Made by a program: the position numbers and the translations under genes. From Nitrosopumilaceae archaeon (GTDB lineage Archaea > Thermoproteota > Nitrososphaeria > Nitrososphaerales > Nitrosopumilaceae): DNA of 64,000 nucleotides. Within the stretch, counting starts at the first letter, position 1. Every line of letters starts with the position of its first letter. The DNA is taken from contig CBDATR010000024.1 in the NCBI GenBank assembly GCA_965200155.1, positions 416,001 to 480,000 of the forward strand. The letters run 5' to 3'. Shown here in pieces: positions 30,078 through 40,780 of the stretch. The notes beneath the pieces were generated by a model. That model saw only the letters and a program-made list of their open reading frames with translations. It ran no database searches and was not told where the DNA came from.

Positions 30078-30118
30078 ATCAGGAATGTGTTTGACGTGAA
30101 TTATTAATTCATGGTATA

Positions 30119-30193
30119 CGAGCCCGAAGGGCTTCGATCCCTCGACCACTGGATTAGAAGTCCAATACTCTGTCCAAACTGAGCTACGGGCTC
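30119..30193 (-). tRNA. tRNA-Arg (UCU)
   Basis: Reverse complement GAGCCCGTAGCTCAGTTTGGACAGAGTATTGGACTTCTAATCCAGTGGTCGAGGGATCGAAGCCCTTCGGGCTCG folds as a cloverleaf; anticodon loop CT-TCT-AA. Confidence 0.92.
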
Positions 30194-30209
30194 AAGCTCA
30201 CAAAGAGTA

Positions 30210-31031
30210 CTACCACTTTAAGGGTTTTGAGGAATCATCCCGTGCCGCCTTGAACATGTACTGCTGCGCGTATCCCGCATACTCCCCCAATCGCCCCACT
30301 ATTTCATTGTGTAGTTGTGTATACCTGTTCTTGGTAACAGGGGGGCTGCCATCACCTATTCCGTACATGTCGTGAATGACTCGCGCTATCCACCTATCCA
30401 GTGGTATTGCTTCCAGAAAGTCAAGAGAGAACAGCATTATGCAGTCGGCCACCTTGTCGCCCACTCCCGGTATTACATCGCACAGGTATGCGCGCGCCTC
30501 AGGGTATGGCATGGAACGTATGGAATCAATATCCAGGCTCTGCGCAATTTCGGCTGCCCCCCGTATGTACGGGGAGCGATACCCCGTGCCGCAATCCCAT
30601 ATATCCCGGATTTGCGCGGAAGCCAGACTGGCGGGATCGGGAAATGTATGAAATGCCATACCATCATACTCTAGGGGGCGCCCAAATTTCTCGCATAAAC
30701 GGAACAGGCTTCTGCGTATTCGCGGTATGTTGGAGTTGGCAGATACGATAAATGATATCATGCACTGGAAGAAATCCTGCCGCGTTATACGGAGGTACGG
30801 GTATCGATGAACGAGGCCCGCCAGTACGGGATCCCCCAACAATGATTCATGTATGTTATCCCTGTCATCACTATCGCGAAAAAAATCCGGAACCACTCCC
30901 CCACTGGAGTACATGCCGCCGTTCTTATCTACCCTGATTATTATGGATCCGTCTATGCCGTACCAAGAATCATTGTGTTTTTCCCACAAAAAGACCTGCC
31001 CGCTAAGTATTGTATCATCAGGATGTGTCAA
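30210..31031 (-). CDS. 8-oxoguanine DNA glycosylase (Ogg1-like, HhH-GPD)
   Basis: 'TILSGQVFLW', 'QDFFQCMISFIVSANSNIPRI', 'GTGYRSPYI', 'PGVGDKVADC..LFSL...IPLD'. Confidence 0.88.
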   Translation of the reverse strand: MTHPDDTILSGQVFLWEKHNDSWYGIDGSIIIRVDKNGGMYSSGGVVPDFFRDSDDRDNIHESLLGDPVLAGLVHRYPYLRITRQDFFQCMISFIVSANSNIPRIRRSLFRLCEKFGRPLEYDGMAFHTFPDPASLASAQIRDIWDCGTGYRSPYIRGAAEIAQSLDIDSIRSMPYPEARAYLCDVIPGVGDKVADCIMLFSLDFLEAIPLDRWIARVIHDMYGIGDGSPPVTKNRYTQLHNEIVGRLGEYAGYAQQYMFKAARDDSSKPLKW

Positions 31032-32299
31032 ACTGTCACAGTCTGGCCCAGAGTGGCAGCCTGTGCATCCAGGCCAAACTCCTCGTGTATCTGCTCTGCA
31101 AAGAGGTTGCACGAGTCCAGATCACCGTGTACGGTCAGTACCTTTGGGTCTCCCTGTATGTTTCGCACCATGTCAAAGAGATCACGGCGGTCCGAGTGTC
31201 CGGAGAATTCGAACTGGCGCACAGGAGCTGTAACCTTGTGTTCCTGGCCCCTGTACCAAATGACGCCCGAGTCCAGGAGTCGGCGGCCGGGAGTGTCCTC
31301 ACCCTGGAAGGATACCAGCGCTATGCCATTTCTAGAATCAAAGGCCAGCTCCTGCAAGTAGAATACGGCGTTTCCGCCCACCAGCATACCTGCGGGCGAT
31401 ATCACCACGCAGGGCTCCTCCAGGGCATGGGCCCGTTCCCGATGCCCCCGAATGGACGTAGAGGAATCCATGACACCCCTGAACAGGGAGGGATCCCTGT
31501 GGAAGCTGGGATGATTCAGTATGATATCGTTGACCTTTATGGCCATACCGTCCATTATCATGGGGCGCCGGAATCCCGATGCCCGAAGCACACAGGCCAT
31601 CTCCTGTGCCCGCTCGACAGAGAAGGCCGGTATAAAGAGTGTGCCGCCATTATCTAGTGTCTCGTTGGCAAACTCCACAAGATTCTTCTCAGACTCCTCA
31701 CGGGGTTTCTGGGTACTCTGTGAGTAGGTGCTCTCGGTTATGAGCAGGTCTATCTCGCCTATATCCAGATCCGCCTCCCGGAGTAGTCTGGAGCCGGGTA
31801 TCTTTACGTCTCCCGTATAGAAGAGTCGCCTGCCGCCTGCCTCCATCAGTATGGTTGAGCCCCCCGTGATATGACCGGACTCTCTTAACTCAAAGGATAT
31901 GGGACCGCGCCGGACTTGTTGTCGGTACTCCATATCCCGGGCGTTGCGCATCATGCCGTGCAGCTGGTTCACATCAAAACCGTACTGGTGCGACTTTCTT
32001 CGCAGTTTCAGCATATCCTCGATTAAAAGCTGTGACAAATCAAATGTGGGAGCCGTGGCATAGGCCGGAACATCCCCCCTCATATACAATGAGGGAACGT
32101 AACCGGAGTGATCCAGGTGTGCATGCGTAATAATAACACCATCAAGGTCCCTGGAGTTTACCTCCAGCGGGTACTGTGGTGGCTGATCCCGTCTCCCAAA
32201 CATTACGCCATAATCCATGAGTAATTGTGTATTCTCGTGCTCCACTAAAAAGCCCGAGCGGCCTACCTCACCGGCGGCCCCCAAAACCTTGACATTCAA
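31028..32299 (-). CDS. Beta-CASP metallo-beta-lactamase ribonuclease (aCPSF2-like)
   Basis: 'LGAAGEVGRS', 'THAHLDHSG', 'SGHITGG', 'YTGD', 'ESTY', 'FSGHSD', 'VHGD'. Confidence 0.9.
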   Translation of the reverse strand: MNVKVLGAAGEVGRSGFLVEHENTQLLMDYGVMFGRRDQPPQYPLEVNSRDLDGVIITHAHLDHSGYVPSLYMRGDVPAYATAPTFDLSQLLIEDMLKLRRKSHQYGFDVNQLHGMMRNARDMEYRQQVRRGPISFELRESGHITGGSTILMEAGGRRLFYTGDVKIPGSRLLREADLDIGEIDLLITESTYSQSTQKPREESEKNLVEFANETLDNGGTLFIPAFSVERAQEMACVLRASGFRRPMIMDGMAIKVNDIILNHPSFHRDPSLFRGVMDSSTSIRGHRERAHALEEPCVVISPAGMLVGGNAVFYLQELAFDSRNGIALVSFQGEDTPGRRLLDSGVIWYRGQEHKVTAPVRQFEFSGHSDRRDLFDMVRNIQGDPKVLTVHGDLDSCNLFAEQIHEEFGLDAQAATLGQTVTV

Positions 32300-32516
32300 G
32301 AATCAGAGTGTGACAGGGCACAATTAAAACCATACCAATGAGGGAGGTATTATTTCACGGGACCAAATCATTGTAGCGACGTCAGTCACCACGGGTAAAT
32401 TTAGGCAATGAGTTTCTGTAATGTGAGTGGTGTGACTAGTGTCCCGGAATGACCGTTAGTATACAAATCGTACAATGGGAATAAGCTTTAATAACTCAAA
32501 TCGAAGATGGTAGATT

Positions 32517-32729
32517 ATGGGAAGAAGCTACCAAGATTGGCTTAATCAACAAGACTCAAGTCTGGTTGCAAAAGTACGAGCTGGCGACGAGGCAAACAAG
32601 CCATTGTTGAACCAGATAAACTGGATATGGGTGCACAATCTTATGAACAAGAACGCTAATCTTAACCCGTCTGCAGCAGAACTGTTGGACTGGGTTACAT
32701 CCGGTCAGATTGACGCAATGAGAAAGTAG
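32517..32729 (+). CDS. Small hypothetical protein (70 aa)
   Basis: Preceded by TTTAATAA TATA box (~32487) and followed by a T-rich terminator-like tract. Confidence 0.7.
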   Translation: MGRSYQDWLNQQDSSLVAKVRAGDEANKPLLNQINWIWVHNLMNKNANLNPSAAELLDWVTSGQIDAMRK

Positions 32730-32780
32730 TTGCTTTATTCTTTTTGTTTTATATTCATGTAGTGCCTGTACGGTATTATC

Positions 32781-32824
32781 ATAACGGGGTTATAGTGAAC
32801 AGGATAACACGCTATAACGGGGTT
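32781..32824. promoter_or_regulatory. Repeated operator-like motif ATAACGGGGTT upstream of the ferredoxin promoter
   Basis: 11-bp direct repeat at 32781 and 32814; first copy is the palindrome ATAAC-GGG-GTTAT; TATA box TTTAAATA at about 32842. Confidence 0.45.
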
Positions 32825-32874
32825 TTGAATTTTGATTATAGTTTAAATATATTCAGCGAATACTTAGTTTTGTA

Positions 32875-33177
32875 ATGCCAATTGCAATACTGCCGGACAT
32901 AGACGAGCAGAGATGTATCGGTTGCGCACTTTGCGTAGAGATATGTACATCACTGGGCCCTGATGTCCTTAGAATAAAGCCCGTCGAGGGTTGGAAGAGA
33001 GGAAAGGCATTCGTCTTTTACCCTGAGAGATGCATCTCCGATGGTGCATGTATTGGGGTTTGCCCGACAAAGTCCATATTCTGGATGCGTCCAATGAATT
33101 ACACTGCGGGACAACCAGTACCGCTACACAAGAATGGCGTATTCATAAATGGCTGGGCCGAAGACGCAGCCCTATAG
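32875..33177 (+). CDS. 2[4Fe-4S] ferredoxin
   Basis: 'CIGCALCVEIC' and 'CISDGACIGVCP'. Confidence 0.92.
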   Translation: MPIAILPDIDEQRCIGCALCVEICTSLGPDVLRIKPVEGWKRGKAFVFYPERCISDGACIGVCPTKSIFWMRPMNYTAGQPVPLHKNGVFINGWAEDAAL

Positions 33178-33197
33178 ACATCTTTTTTGTATTATTT

Positions 33198-34679
33198 TTA
33201 TTTCTCAAGAGTACTGGACGGTACTGCCGTTTTATTGACGAAATATGAAATGAAGGGATCCGTGCGATCATATATGATGTGATTGATATTATGATTCCGG
33301 ATGAAATCGTCCCAGGAATCACCAAAGGTAGGATAGTCTTGTGGATTCCTGTGTATGTTGGAGTCAAGATGGTGTGCCGCGGGATAGAGATCAGACAGAT
33401 CAAGCGGAATGAGACCCAGGTGCGGAGTGTATATGCATACCAGTACGTCCGGGTCCGTATCATTTATGGAGAGATATGCAGGACTGGTTCGTGGTCTTGA
33501 TACTATGTGTAGTGTACGCTTTTTGGTAGTGTATCTTTTCAGGGCGCGCCTCAGGGTTGCCGCCTCAGGACGGTATTGATCCCATACATCAAAGAAGAAT
33601 GCGGCCTTGCTCTTGAAGATGGGGGTTCCGGCATCAAGTATGGATTCAAGGGCCAGTATGGGGATAGCATCATATAGTTTAGGGTGGGCCCTGGCCTTTT
33701 TTGTGACATACTCCCATAAACGGCCCTCGTGTAGGGCCTGCCTTGTGGCATCCACCTCCAGCTTGATGGCATACAGGTTGTGCAGTGCCAAAAGGTTGGT
33801 CCGTGCGTCACGTTTTTCGTTGCGAAGCTCTGAGGCCGTGTATGATGCGCATATGCGGCATGAGCACGGAAGGGTGTACATGTCCGAGAGGTATCTTGTG
33901 CCATCCGGTGTGATGTAACGGTCCTGCTTGGCGTATAGTATGTAGGATGCCGAATCAAAGGTATCGCAGCCAAGGGCGACAGCCATGGGTATTGTAATGG
34001 GATGGCCTGCGCCAAAGAGATGAAGTGGTATTCCGTATGGTATGGAAGTGCGGGCGGCATTTATGATGCGCGCCAGATGAGAGTATTCGTATGATTCCAT
34101 GAATTCGACGGGGCTGCCCAGTGCCATGAACGTGTAGCCCTGCTTCACCAGAGAGCGGGCAGAGCGGCGCACCAAGTCCAAGTGCTCTCCTCCCTGTATG
34201 GGACCGGCCCATATCTGGCCATTTGGGGCGGCTGCCTTTATGGTTTCTTGAGATGCCTTTAGGGTACGGGTGACATAGGCGGCTGCCTGCCGGTGAGATA
34301 GACCAAAACCCGTTGGCTTGTCCAGGGGGACGGGTATGTCAGACATTATATCCGTCTCGTATTGGGCCATCTGGGGGGGCGTGATATTAAGGTCCCCATA
34401 TTCAAGTACCTGGTACCCGCCGGAATCGGTCATTATGGGCCCATCATAATTTACTATATCATGGATGCCCCGGCGTATGGCGTCCTCGCCGTGCCGCTTC
34501 ATGGTGATGTAGGCATTGGTTATTATCATCTGGAAGCCCATCTCCTTTAGTGTGTCAGATGAAATGTCATGTTTTGCAGGATGTACTACTGGAACGTATG
34601 CTGGCGTCTCCACGGTGCCGTGATTTGTATGGAGTTTGCCTATGCGGCCTGCCAGGTCAGTCTTCAATATCTCAAACAA
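33198..34679 (-). CDS. tgtA: Archaeosine tRNA-guanine(15) transglycosylase
   Basis: 'MFEI..DLAGRIGKL', 'MTDSGGYQ', 'HLFGAGHP', 'GCDTFDSASY', Zn site 'CSCRIC'. Confidence 0.92.
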   Translation of the reverse strand: MFEILKTDLAGRIGKLHTNHGTVETPAYVPVVHPAKHDISSDTLKEMGFQMIITNAYITMKRHGEDAIRRGIHDIVNYDGPIMTDSGGYQVLEYGDLNITPPQMAQYETDIMSDIPVPLDKPTGFGLSHRQAAAYVTRTLKASQETIKAAAPNGQIWAGPIQGGEHLDLVRRSARSLVKQGYTFMALGSPVEFMESYEYSHLARIINAARTSIPYGIPLHLFGAGHPITIPMAVALGCDTFDSASYILYAKQDRYITPDGTRYLSDMYTLPCSCRICASYTASELRNEKRDARTNLLALHNLYAIKLEVDATRQALHEGRLWEYVTKKARAHPKLYDAIPILALESILDAGTPIFKSKAAFFFDVWDQYRPEAATLRRALKRYTTKKRTLHIVSRPRTSPAYLSINDTDPDVLVCIYTPHLGLIPLDLSDLYPAAHHLDSNIHRNPQDYPTFGDSWDDFIRNHNINHIIYDRTDPFISYFVNKTAVPSSTLEK

Positions 34680-34721
34680 TTACTGTCCGTTGACAACAGC
34701 ATATTTAATTCAAAAGTGCCA

Positions 34722-35267
34722 TTATGTTATACCGGTGGAGTAATCAAAGAAGCGTCTCATGTCATTATTCCGGTGTATCATGTCTAGCCAGTCCACCGTG
34801 TCAGAATGGTCAGGGTCGCGCAGGAGAGTCAGCGCCCTGTTGTAGTTGTAGTTTATTGTGTGGCCAGTTACATCCAGCTGGGTGACCTTCTTTCCAAAGA
34901 TAGTGACGGAGTCCTGGGCTATTACACCCAGTATCTCGGCGCCAAGGTTCTCTTTAGTCTTGTAATTATCATACCCCCTAGTATGGTATATGCCCTCCAG
35001 CTCGTACGGACTGCGCCGCAGTACCAGAATAGTATCAACAAAGTTTCGCCCCAAGACGTAGGGAGCCAGATGACCTACAATGATGCACGATTCGGAGCAT
35101 TCCAGGGCATGTGCCAGTCTACTGGTATCGACTGTATCATGCTCCAGCATTCCTAACCTGGAGGCTTCCGCGGATATATCCAGGAGTGGCAGATTCAGGG
35201 ACTTGCTAATCATGTTTGAAATGGTGTGTTTGCCGGTACCGGGGCTTCCTGTTACCGCGTATATCAT
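34722..35267 (-). CDS. Adenylate kinase AK6/Fap7 family
   Basis: 'AVTGSPGTGK', 'IIVGHL', 'RGY...KTKEN..AEIL'. Confidence 0.85.
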   Translation of the reverse strand: MIYAVTGSPGTGKHTISNMISKSLNLPLLDISAEASRLGMLEHDTVDTSRLAHALECSESCIIVGHLAPYVLGRNFVDTILVLRRSPYELEGIYHTRGYDNYKTKENLGAEILGVIAQDSVTIFGKKVTQLDVTGHTINYNYNRALTLLRDPDHSDTVDWLDMIHRNNDMRRFFDYSTGIT

Positions 35268-35304
35268 GAGAATGGTTAGTGTTTGTGTTAAATGATTCTT
35301 GGGA

Positions 35305-36837
35305 CTACTGTGGCTCTATGGTGGCCGGAGGCTTGCTGGATATGGAATATGAGACCCATGTCACCTCGTCTATCTCGTTTGTTATTCTATTGCTCATGGC
35401 CGATAATAGCGAGTGATCCAGGCGCGCCCAGTCGGCGGTCATGGCATCGACAGATTCGACTACCCTTATGGTTACGATACGACCGTACATACGCCCATCA
35501 CCAACTACGCCCACAGCCCTATCCTCGCCTACCGCTGCATACGCCTGCCAGACAGAGTCATAAATGCCCGCGGCAATGAGTTCCTCTTCTACGATATGGC
35601 TGGCATCCCGGCATATGCGTATCTTGTCTGGAGTCACCTCACCCATAATACGTACGGCAAGACCGGGACCGGGGAAGGGGTGCCGCTTCAGTATGCTGTC
35701 GGGCAGTCCCAGTATATGCCCCACTTGCCGGACCTCATCTTTGTATAGTTCCCGCAGGGGCTCTAGTACTTGCAGTCCCATTTTTTCCGGGAGACCACCC
35801 ACGTTATGATGGGACTTGATCACCACCGCGGGACCGCCAGAGACGCCACTTTCTATTATGTCCGGGTACAGGGTGCCCTGGGCTAGCCAGTCAAAGGGTC
35901 CGTTATTTTTGGAGAATTCTGTGAATGCCTTGATAAATTCGCCACCAATGAATTTGCGCTTGGCCTCGGGGTCTGTAATGCCCCGCAAACCATCCAGGAA
36001 AGAGTCGGCCGCGGATACCAAGTCTAGTTTGATACCCATACTCTCAAATATGTTTACCACTTGTGTGGCCTCCTTGTGCCGGAGTAGACCATTATCCACA
36101 AAGACGCACCGTAACCGCTCGCCCAAGGCGCGATGAAGCAGTACTGCGGCCACGCTAGAGTCCACTCCGCCGGAGACTCCGCAGAGTACGCGGCCAGACG
36201 TATTGGAGAGATTCTGTATGGATGACTCGACAAAGGCCTCCATGGTCCAGTTCTGTCTTGCCCCGCACAGTTTCACCGCAAAGTTGCGCAGAATCTCCGC
36301 CCCCCGGGGAGTGTGGGCCACCTCAGGATGGAACTGTATGCCCAGTATCTTGCCGGTGTTATCAGATATGGCTGCGGCCGCAGCCCTGTCGGTATGCCCT
36401 GCAACATGAAAACCTGGCGGTATGAGGGCGGCCTCATCACCATGACTCATCCAGGCACGAACAGAGGAACCCAAGCCCGCCAGCAGACCGGAGTCATCAT
36501 CCACGTATAGGGTGGAATTACCATACTCCCTTGATGCCCGTCGTACCTTGCCGCCGTACTTGGTGACTATTACCTGGTGTCCGTAGCATATGCCCAGGAC
36601 TGGCAGGCCCGCAGCCAGTATGGAGTCATGGGGCATGGGAGCATTCTCGTCATATGTACTGCAAGGACCCCCGGAGAGAATTATTCCCTTAGTGTCAGGT
36701 GTAATTATGGTAGCTGGTACGGAATCATAAGGGAGCAGATCCGCCCGGACAGAAAAGTCCCGTATACGCCTGCATATCAGGTGGCTGTACTGGGAACCAA
36801 AATCCAGTACTACTATGCGATCAGTCTTGTCGGACAT
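35305..36837 (-). CDS. guaA: GMP synthase (glutamine-hydrolysing, fused)
   Basis: 'VLDFGSQY', 'GICYGHQ', 'QFHPEV', 'SGGVDS', 'IKSHHNVGGLP', 'KPPATIE'. Confidence 0.96.
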   Translation of the reverse strand: MSDKTDRIVVLDFGSQYSHLICRRIRDFSVRADLLPYDSVPATIITPDTKGIILSGGPCSTYDENAPMPHDSILAAGLPVLGICYGHQVIVTKYGGKVRRASREYGNSTLYVDDDSGLLAGLGSSVRAWMSHGDEAALIPPGFHVAGHTDRAAAAAISDNTGKILGIQFHPEVAHTPRGAEILRNFAVKLCGARQNWTMEAFVESSIQNLSNTSGRVLCGVSGGVDSSVAAVLLHRALGERLRCVFVDNGLLRHKEATQVVNIFESMGIKLDLVSAADSFLDGLRGITDPEAKRKFIGGEFIKAFTEFSKNNGPFDWLAQGTLYPDIIESGVSGGPAVVIKSHHNVGGLPEKMGLQVLEPLRELYKDEVRQVGHILGLPDSILKRHPFPGPGLAVRIMGEVTPDKIRICRDASHIVEEELIAAGIYDSVWQAYAAVGEDRAVGVVGDGRMYGRIVTIRVVESVDAMTADWARLDHSLLSAMSNRITNEIDEVTWVSYSISSKPPATIEPQ

Positions 36838-37393
36838 TCTCCTGCATCCGGGTAAGTGCCCACTTTATGGTACCAGATATCTCCCGGACCCGGTCCTCCA
36901 GTCGGTAGTTGTGTATTATAATCTCCCGGATATGGCCATCCTCGTTTAGTATTTCATGTCTCATGGAGGCAGCTGTATCGAGATTTCCCGCAGATACATC
37001 CTGCTCGTCCCGCTTCTTCATTGTATCCAGGATTCGGTTCACAAAGAAGGACTGGAAGGGGGGCGTAGACTCGGTTACCCGAATAGCATCATCCAAGATT
37101 ATAGATATTTTGTTTGGATATGTATGCATGGTGGCAATGGTATCACCAGCCGCGTTAGTAATATCCTTGGTTAAGGCCTTGGGAGATGAGGATTCCGGGT
37201 GCGAGGGCGTAGCCGGTGCAGAATCCGGCGTATAGCTGGACGCTTTTACAAAACTGGACCGCTTTAGTATGCTGTCAAGGGCCACTATGTTTAGATCAGT
37301 CATCTCCAACTCTTCGCGCATCTTGTCGGCTTTTTCTTGTAGTTTCTCGCGCAATGCAGCTATATCCCGAATCTGCATATCGCTGAGCTTCAC
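36821..37393 (-). CDS. Hypothetical protein with N-terminal coiled coil
   Basis: 190-aa ORF overlapping the guaA start, operon-like. Confidence 0.75.
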   Translation of the reverse strand: MKLSDMQIRDIAALREKLQEKADKMREELEMTDLNIVALDSILKRSSFVKASSYTPDSAPATPSHPESSSPKALTKDITNAAGDTIATMHTYPNKISIILDDAIRVTESTPPFQSFFVNRILDTMKKRDEQDVSAGNLDTAASMRHEILNEDGHIREIIIHNYRLEDRVREISGTIKWALTRMQENVRQD

Positions 37394-38062
37394 AGTTGGG
37401 AGACATGGATGTCATTTATTAAATTGTGAGGTATGCGGCGAACGTAACAGTTTATGTCTCACAAGTTCGAATACAAGCTTGCCGGGATAGTGGAAGACTG
37501 ACCATTTTCAAAATACGTTTGTTTATTGCGAACCTGTTCTCTGAGCACACATTTGCCACAGACTTGTGTAACACGTCATAAACACTGGCAGCCTGGATCA
37601 GAGTATGGCGAAGGTGACCCAAATGGTCACTACAGGAACCGCTCATGACGGTAGTAAATGCTTACTCTGTAATCCGGGCCCTTGGCAGTGACCAAGGTCA
37701 TTGTACAATTGCTCTGTTATTGAGATTGATGTGACGCGATGGAGCAGTATACGCTATGACTGACAGAAGCATATCCTCTGTGTAGTATGTTTAATGTACG
37801 CGTAAACCCACTACAAATCTTGGATACCAACTTATGGTATGAACTCGCCACCTCAAATGGGGATCTCTGGGTGACCTAAAAGGTTACAATAAAACTCAGT
37901 AGGAGATTTAAATTGAAAAGAAAGGCAGTAGTATGAGTTCACGTGTTTTGATCATTCACTAAGATATAGATTGGCATGACAATATTTTACTTAAATACCA
38001 AATTTGCAATAAGAATCTAATGAGAAGACGCCGGTCCTATAAGGAATTGGAACTGAAAAATA

Positions 38063-38152
38063 GTATGAGTTCACCTGTGTCTAAATTTACGCACAACTGA
38101 TCGCGACAGTTAATGTGATTTGTGCACGATTCCGGAAGACGTGAACTCATAC
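38063..38152. mobile_element. MITE (90 bp) inserted near codon 14 of the IS66 transposase
   Basis: TIR GTATGAGTTCAC; TSD GAAAAATA/AAAAAATA; absent in IS copy 2. Confidence 0.92.
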
Positions 38153-38177
38153 AAAAAATAAGCTTCTTCAGGATACC

Positions 38178-38279
38178 CTTGCGTCTACCAAGAAAGAACT
38201 TGCACATTACAAGGCAGGGGCCATGGGCCGCCTTGTCCTACGTCTTGCGGCTACCGAGAAAGATCTTGCACATTACAAG
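38178..38279 (+). repeat. 36-bp repeat / 30-bp unique insert / 36-bp repeat
   Basis: CTTGCGTCTACCAAGAAAGAACTTGCACATTACAAG (38178-38213), insert GCAGGGGCCATGGGCCGCCTTGTCCTACGT (38214-38243), repeat 38244-38279 with 3 mismatches. Confidence 0.85.
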
Positions 38280-39686
38280 GAACGTGTGAGAGTATTGGAA
38301 GCATATGTGTCCCGCACCACAAAAGAAATACGAAATCTCACACAAGATTTCCAAATTATTATAAATTATGTAAATGAATTGGAAAAGAAATTAAAAGAAA
38401 AACAGGGGAAAATTGCGGTAATCACAACGCGACTTAAATATTATGAGAATGCTCACTTGCCACCATCCCTTCAATCCCTCCAGTACAAGAAGCGGGAACA
38501 GGGAGATAATAAGCAACAGACAGAAGCCAGTACTAAATCAGCCAAAAAGGCTGGCGCGCAAAAGGGACACAAGGGGGTTTCCCGTTCCCACAACCCCGAC
38601 AGAGTAATGCGCCACACCTTTGAGCATACTCCAATATGTGAGTGCGGCAATATAATGACAAAAAGTGGTTGGAAACAACGACGCATAACAGAATTAATAC
38701 CAGCCAGAATAGAGGAGACCCTTCATGTGATAGAGATGGCCTCCTGCATGTGCGGCAAAAAACAACTGGCCCCAGCAGTGGGCGTCCCAGAGAGTGGTGG
38801 TTTTGAGATGTGGTGCCATCACTGCATTGCGTGCGGAAAAGATTCCAATAAAACGCGTACCTGTAATTTCGAGGGATCTCTTCGGCCTGAATATATCGGT
38901 GGGTGCGGTAAACAACATAATTGCCAGGGCCGCCGATGCATGCGAATCATTTATGGAAACAATTTATGAGAATATAATAAAATCACCCAGCATTCATGTG
39001 GACGAAACTGGTATATCACTGGCGGGTAAGCGTGGCTGGATATGGGGGATGCGGGCCGAAGAGTGGATGATATGCAAAAGTAGGAGTCATATGTAGTGGA
39101 CAAATACCTGAACGGTTACCAGGGCGCGATAGTCACAGACAGGTACGTTGTGTGTTACCGGTTTGATGACGGTGGGAAGCACCATCTGGGCGCATTTATT
39201 GCGCAATACCAGTATATTACATGCAGGATTCTATATCGATCCCGGTGATCAGGACGCCCGGATCAAACTTGACAACTATTTGATCCGGAGCGCACGTGAA
39301 TCGCTGCGGGCCGTCCGCGCAATTACGACACTCATTTGAGACAGGAGCAGATGCATCAGTACTGTGATGTTGAGGATACTGAACTGCAAAAGAAGGTAAA
39401 AGGATTGAATAAGGCCATACCAGGCATGTTCGTATTCCTAGAATATGACAGTGTGGAGCCGACCAACAATCCAGCGGAGCAGTGGAACCGGTTCTGATAC
39501 GCAGTGGTATTCCGCAAGATTAGTGGTCAGATAAAGGGTGTAATGCGCCGCATGTCCATATGTGTTCAGACATGGAGGACTCAGGGCCTTTCTGTAATGA
39601 ATGAGGTTGCTGCCAGAATGCAATTATAATTAAAAAACTGGGATGCATTCTATCTTATTATGTGATCAAAACACGTGAACTCATAC

Positions 39687-39865
39687 CTTTTACTAGTCCA
39701 CGACGGGGCTTTGATGTAATAGTGGGTAATCTGCCGTGGAAGAAAAACAAGATGAATGAGGATAAATTCTTCTCAATATATGATCCGGAGATACAGACAC
39801 TCAATCCTAACACTAAAAAAAAGAAACGTATAAACAAGGGCTGTCATAGTCAAATCGTACTATAA
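39687..39865 (+). pseudogene. Fragment of an N6-adenine methyltransferase (Type IIG/Eco57I-like R-M)
   Basis: 'RRGFDVIVGNLPW' is a degenerate motif IV (GFDxxxGNPPW); truncated at the IS66 end. Confidence 0.65.
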
Positions 39866-39883
39866 CCGGATACGCCCTAGCCA

Positions 39884-40294
39884 TTATATCCCACCTGCAT
39901 ATTTAGGGTGAAATGCCGGAATTCCCACCATGGTGGCCACCTTAAGCATTCCCCGATCAAGCGTAATCAGGCCAATTCCATGTATGCGGCACGTGGCCAG
40001 AATGCGGTGATCACCATTATGTGCATAGTGATACTGGTTACGTAGCATTTGGGCGGTATCCTCAAGATCTGTGGGATCCGATATTATGCCGACGCGTCTC
40101 TCACCAAATATCTTGCGCAGGCTACCAAGAATTGCATCAACTGTCAGGTTACGTACCCGTCTGAGCTCCCATAATACTTGGCTACACAGCACTATCTTGT
40201 ATTGCTTGCCCTTAAGATTGTCTCGCAGTTTACTGACGACCGAGGCGCCCTCCATTATGTCTATTACAACGCATGTGTCAAAGGCTATTTTCAT
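39884..40294 (-). CDS. PIN-domain ribonuclease (VapC-like)
   Basis: 'IAFDTCVVID', 'VLWEL', 'DHRILATC', 'LITLD' acidic PIN motif pattern. Confidence 0.82.
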   Translation of the reverse strand: MKIAFDTCVVIDIMEGASVVSKLRDNLKGKQYKIVLCSQVLWELRRVRNLTVDAILGSLRKIFGERRVGIISDPTDLEDTAQMLRNQYHYAHNGDHRILATCRIHGIGLITLDRGMLKVATMVGIPAFHPKYAGGI

Positions 40295-40507
40295 GATAGT
40301 GGTATGCTAATATAGTTATTATTGATTACTTACATAGTATTGTTAGTATCCATAGTATTAATAATATACTAAATAATTAAAAATCACTCAATAAAACACG
40401 AAATGCGGCACAAGGCGGGGACATGGTAATGGGGAGTATAAGTGAAAAAGAAGTGAACCCTAGTGATGCTCACAGTCCAATGCTTGCCGCGTCTATTACT
40501 GAACTCA

Positions 40508-40780
40508 TTATGCATACTCCCCAATATCGGCATATTGGCGGCGTCTTATCGCCCTGGCCTCATCTTCTAAGAGCGACTCACCGTATCGTGCTAATAGCAC
40601 ACCACGCATGAATCGACTTAACGCGATTTCCTTCCTTTTGGCTTCTTTCTGTGCCCATTGATGTACATCATTATCAATTGATATTTTGACTTGTACAATA
40701 TTTTGCAAATGTGTTCCGATCGCATCAATATTGAAATCATTATTGAATGATAAAATCACGACTTTCTTTTTTTTGAACAT
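40508..40780 (-). CDS. Small ribbon-helix-helix (CopG-like) DNA-binding protein
   Basis: 'VQVKISIDNDVHQWAQKEAKRKEIALSRFMRGVL' fits the RHH pattern; true start may be internal. Confidence 0.6.
   Translation of the reverse strand: MFKKKKVVILSFNNDFNIDAIGTHLQNIVQVKISIDNDVHQWAQKEAKRKEIALSRFMRGVLLARYGESLLEDEARAIRRRQYADIGEYA

Larger units (their letters stand above)
37931..39686 (+). mobile_element. IS66-family (single-ORF, ISBst12-like) element, degenerate copy 1
   Basis: Perfect 24-bp TIRs GTATGAGTTCACGTGTTTTGATCA. Frameshifted transposase 38020-39629 ('GAQKGHKG', 'HVDETG', 'WAHLLR', 'PTNNPAE'). No TSD. Confidence 0.92.

Noticed and set aside
30119-30193. tRNA-Arg as an integration site
   Set aside because: No duplicated tRNA 3' end or integrase was seen; flanks are ordinary genes.
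33198-34679. TgtA apparently lacking a C-terminal PUA domain
   Set aside because: Short or split TgtA forms are known in archaea; not novel.
37400-37930. Possible pseudogene and a GAACCTGTTC motif at about 37530 as another scar
   Set aside because: No reference allele in the window and no recognisable protein motif.
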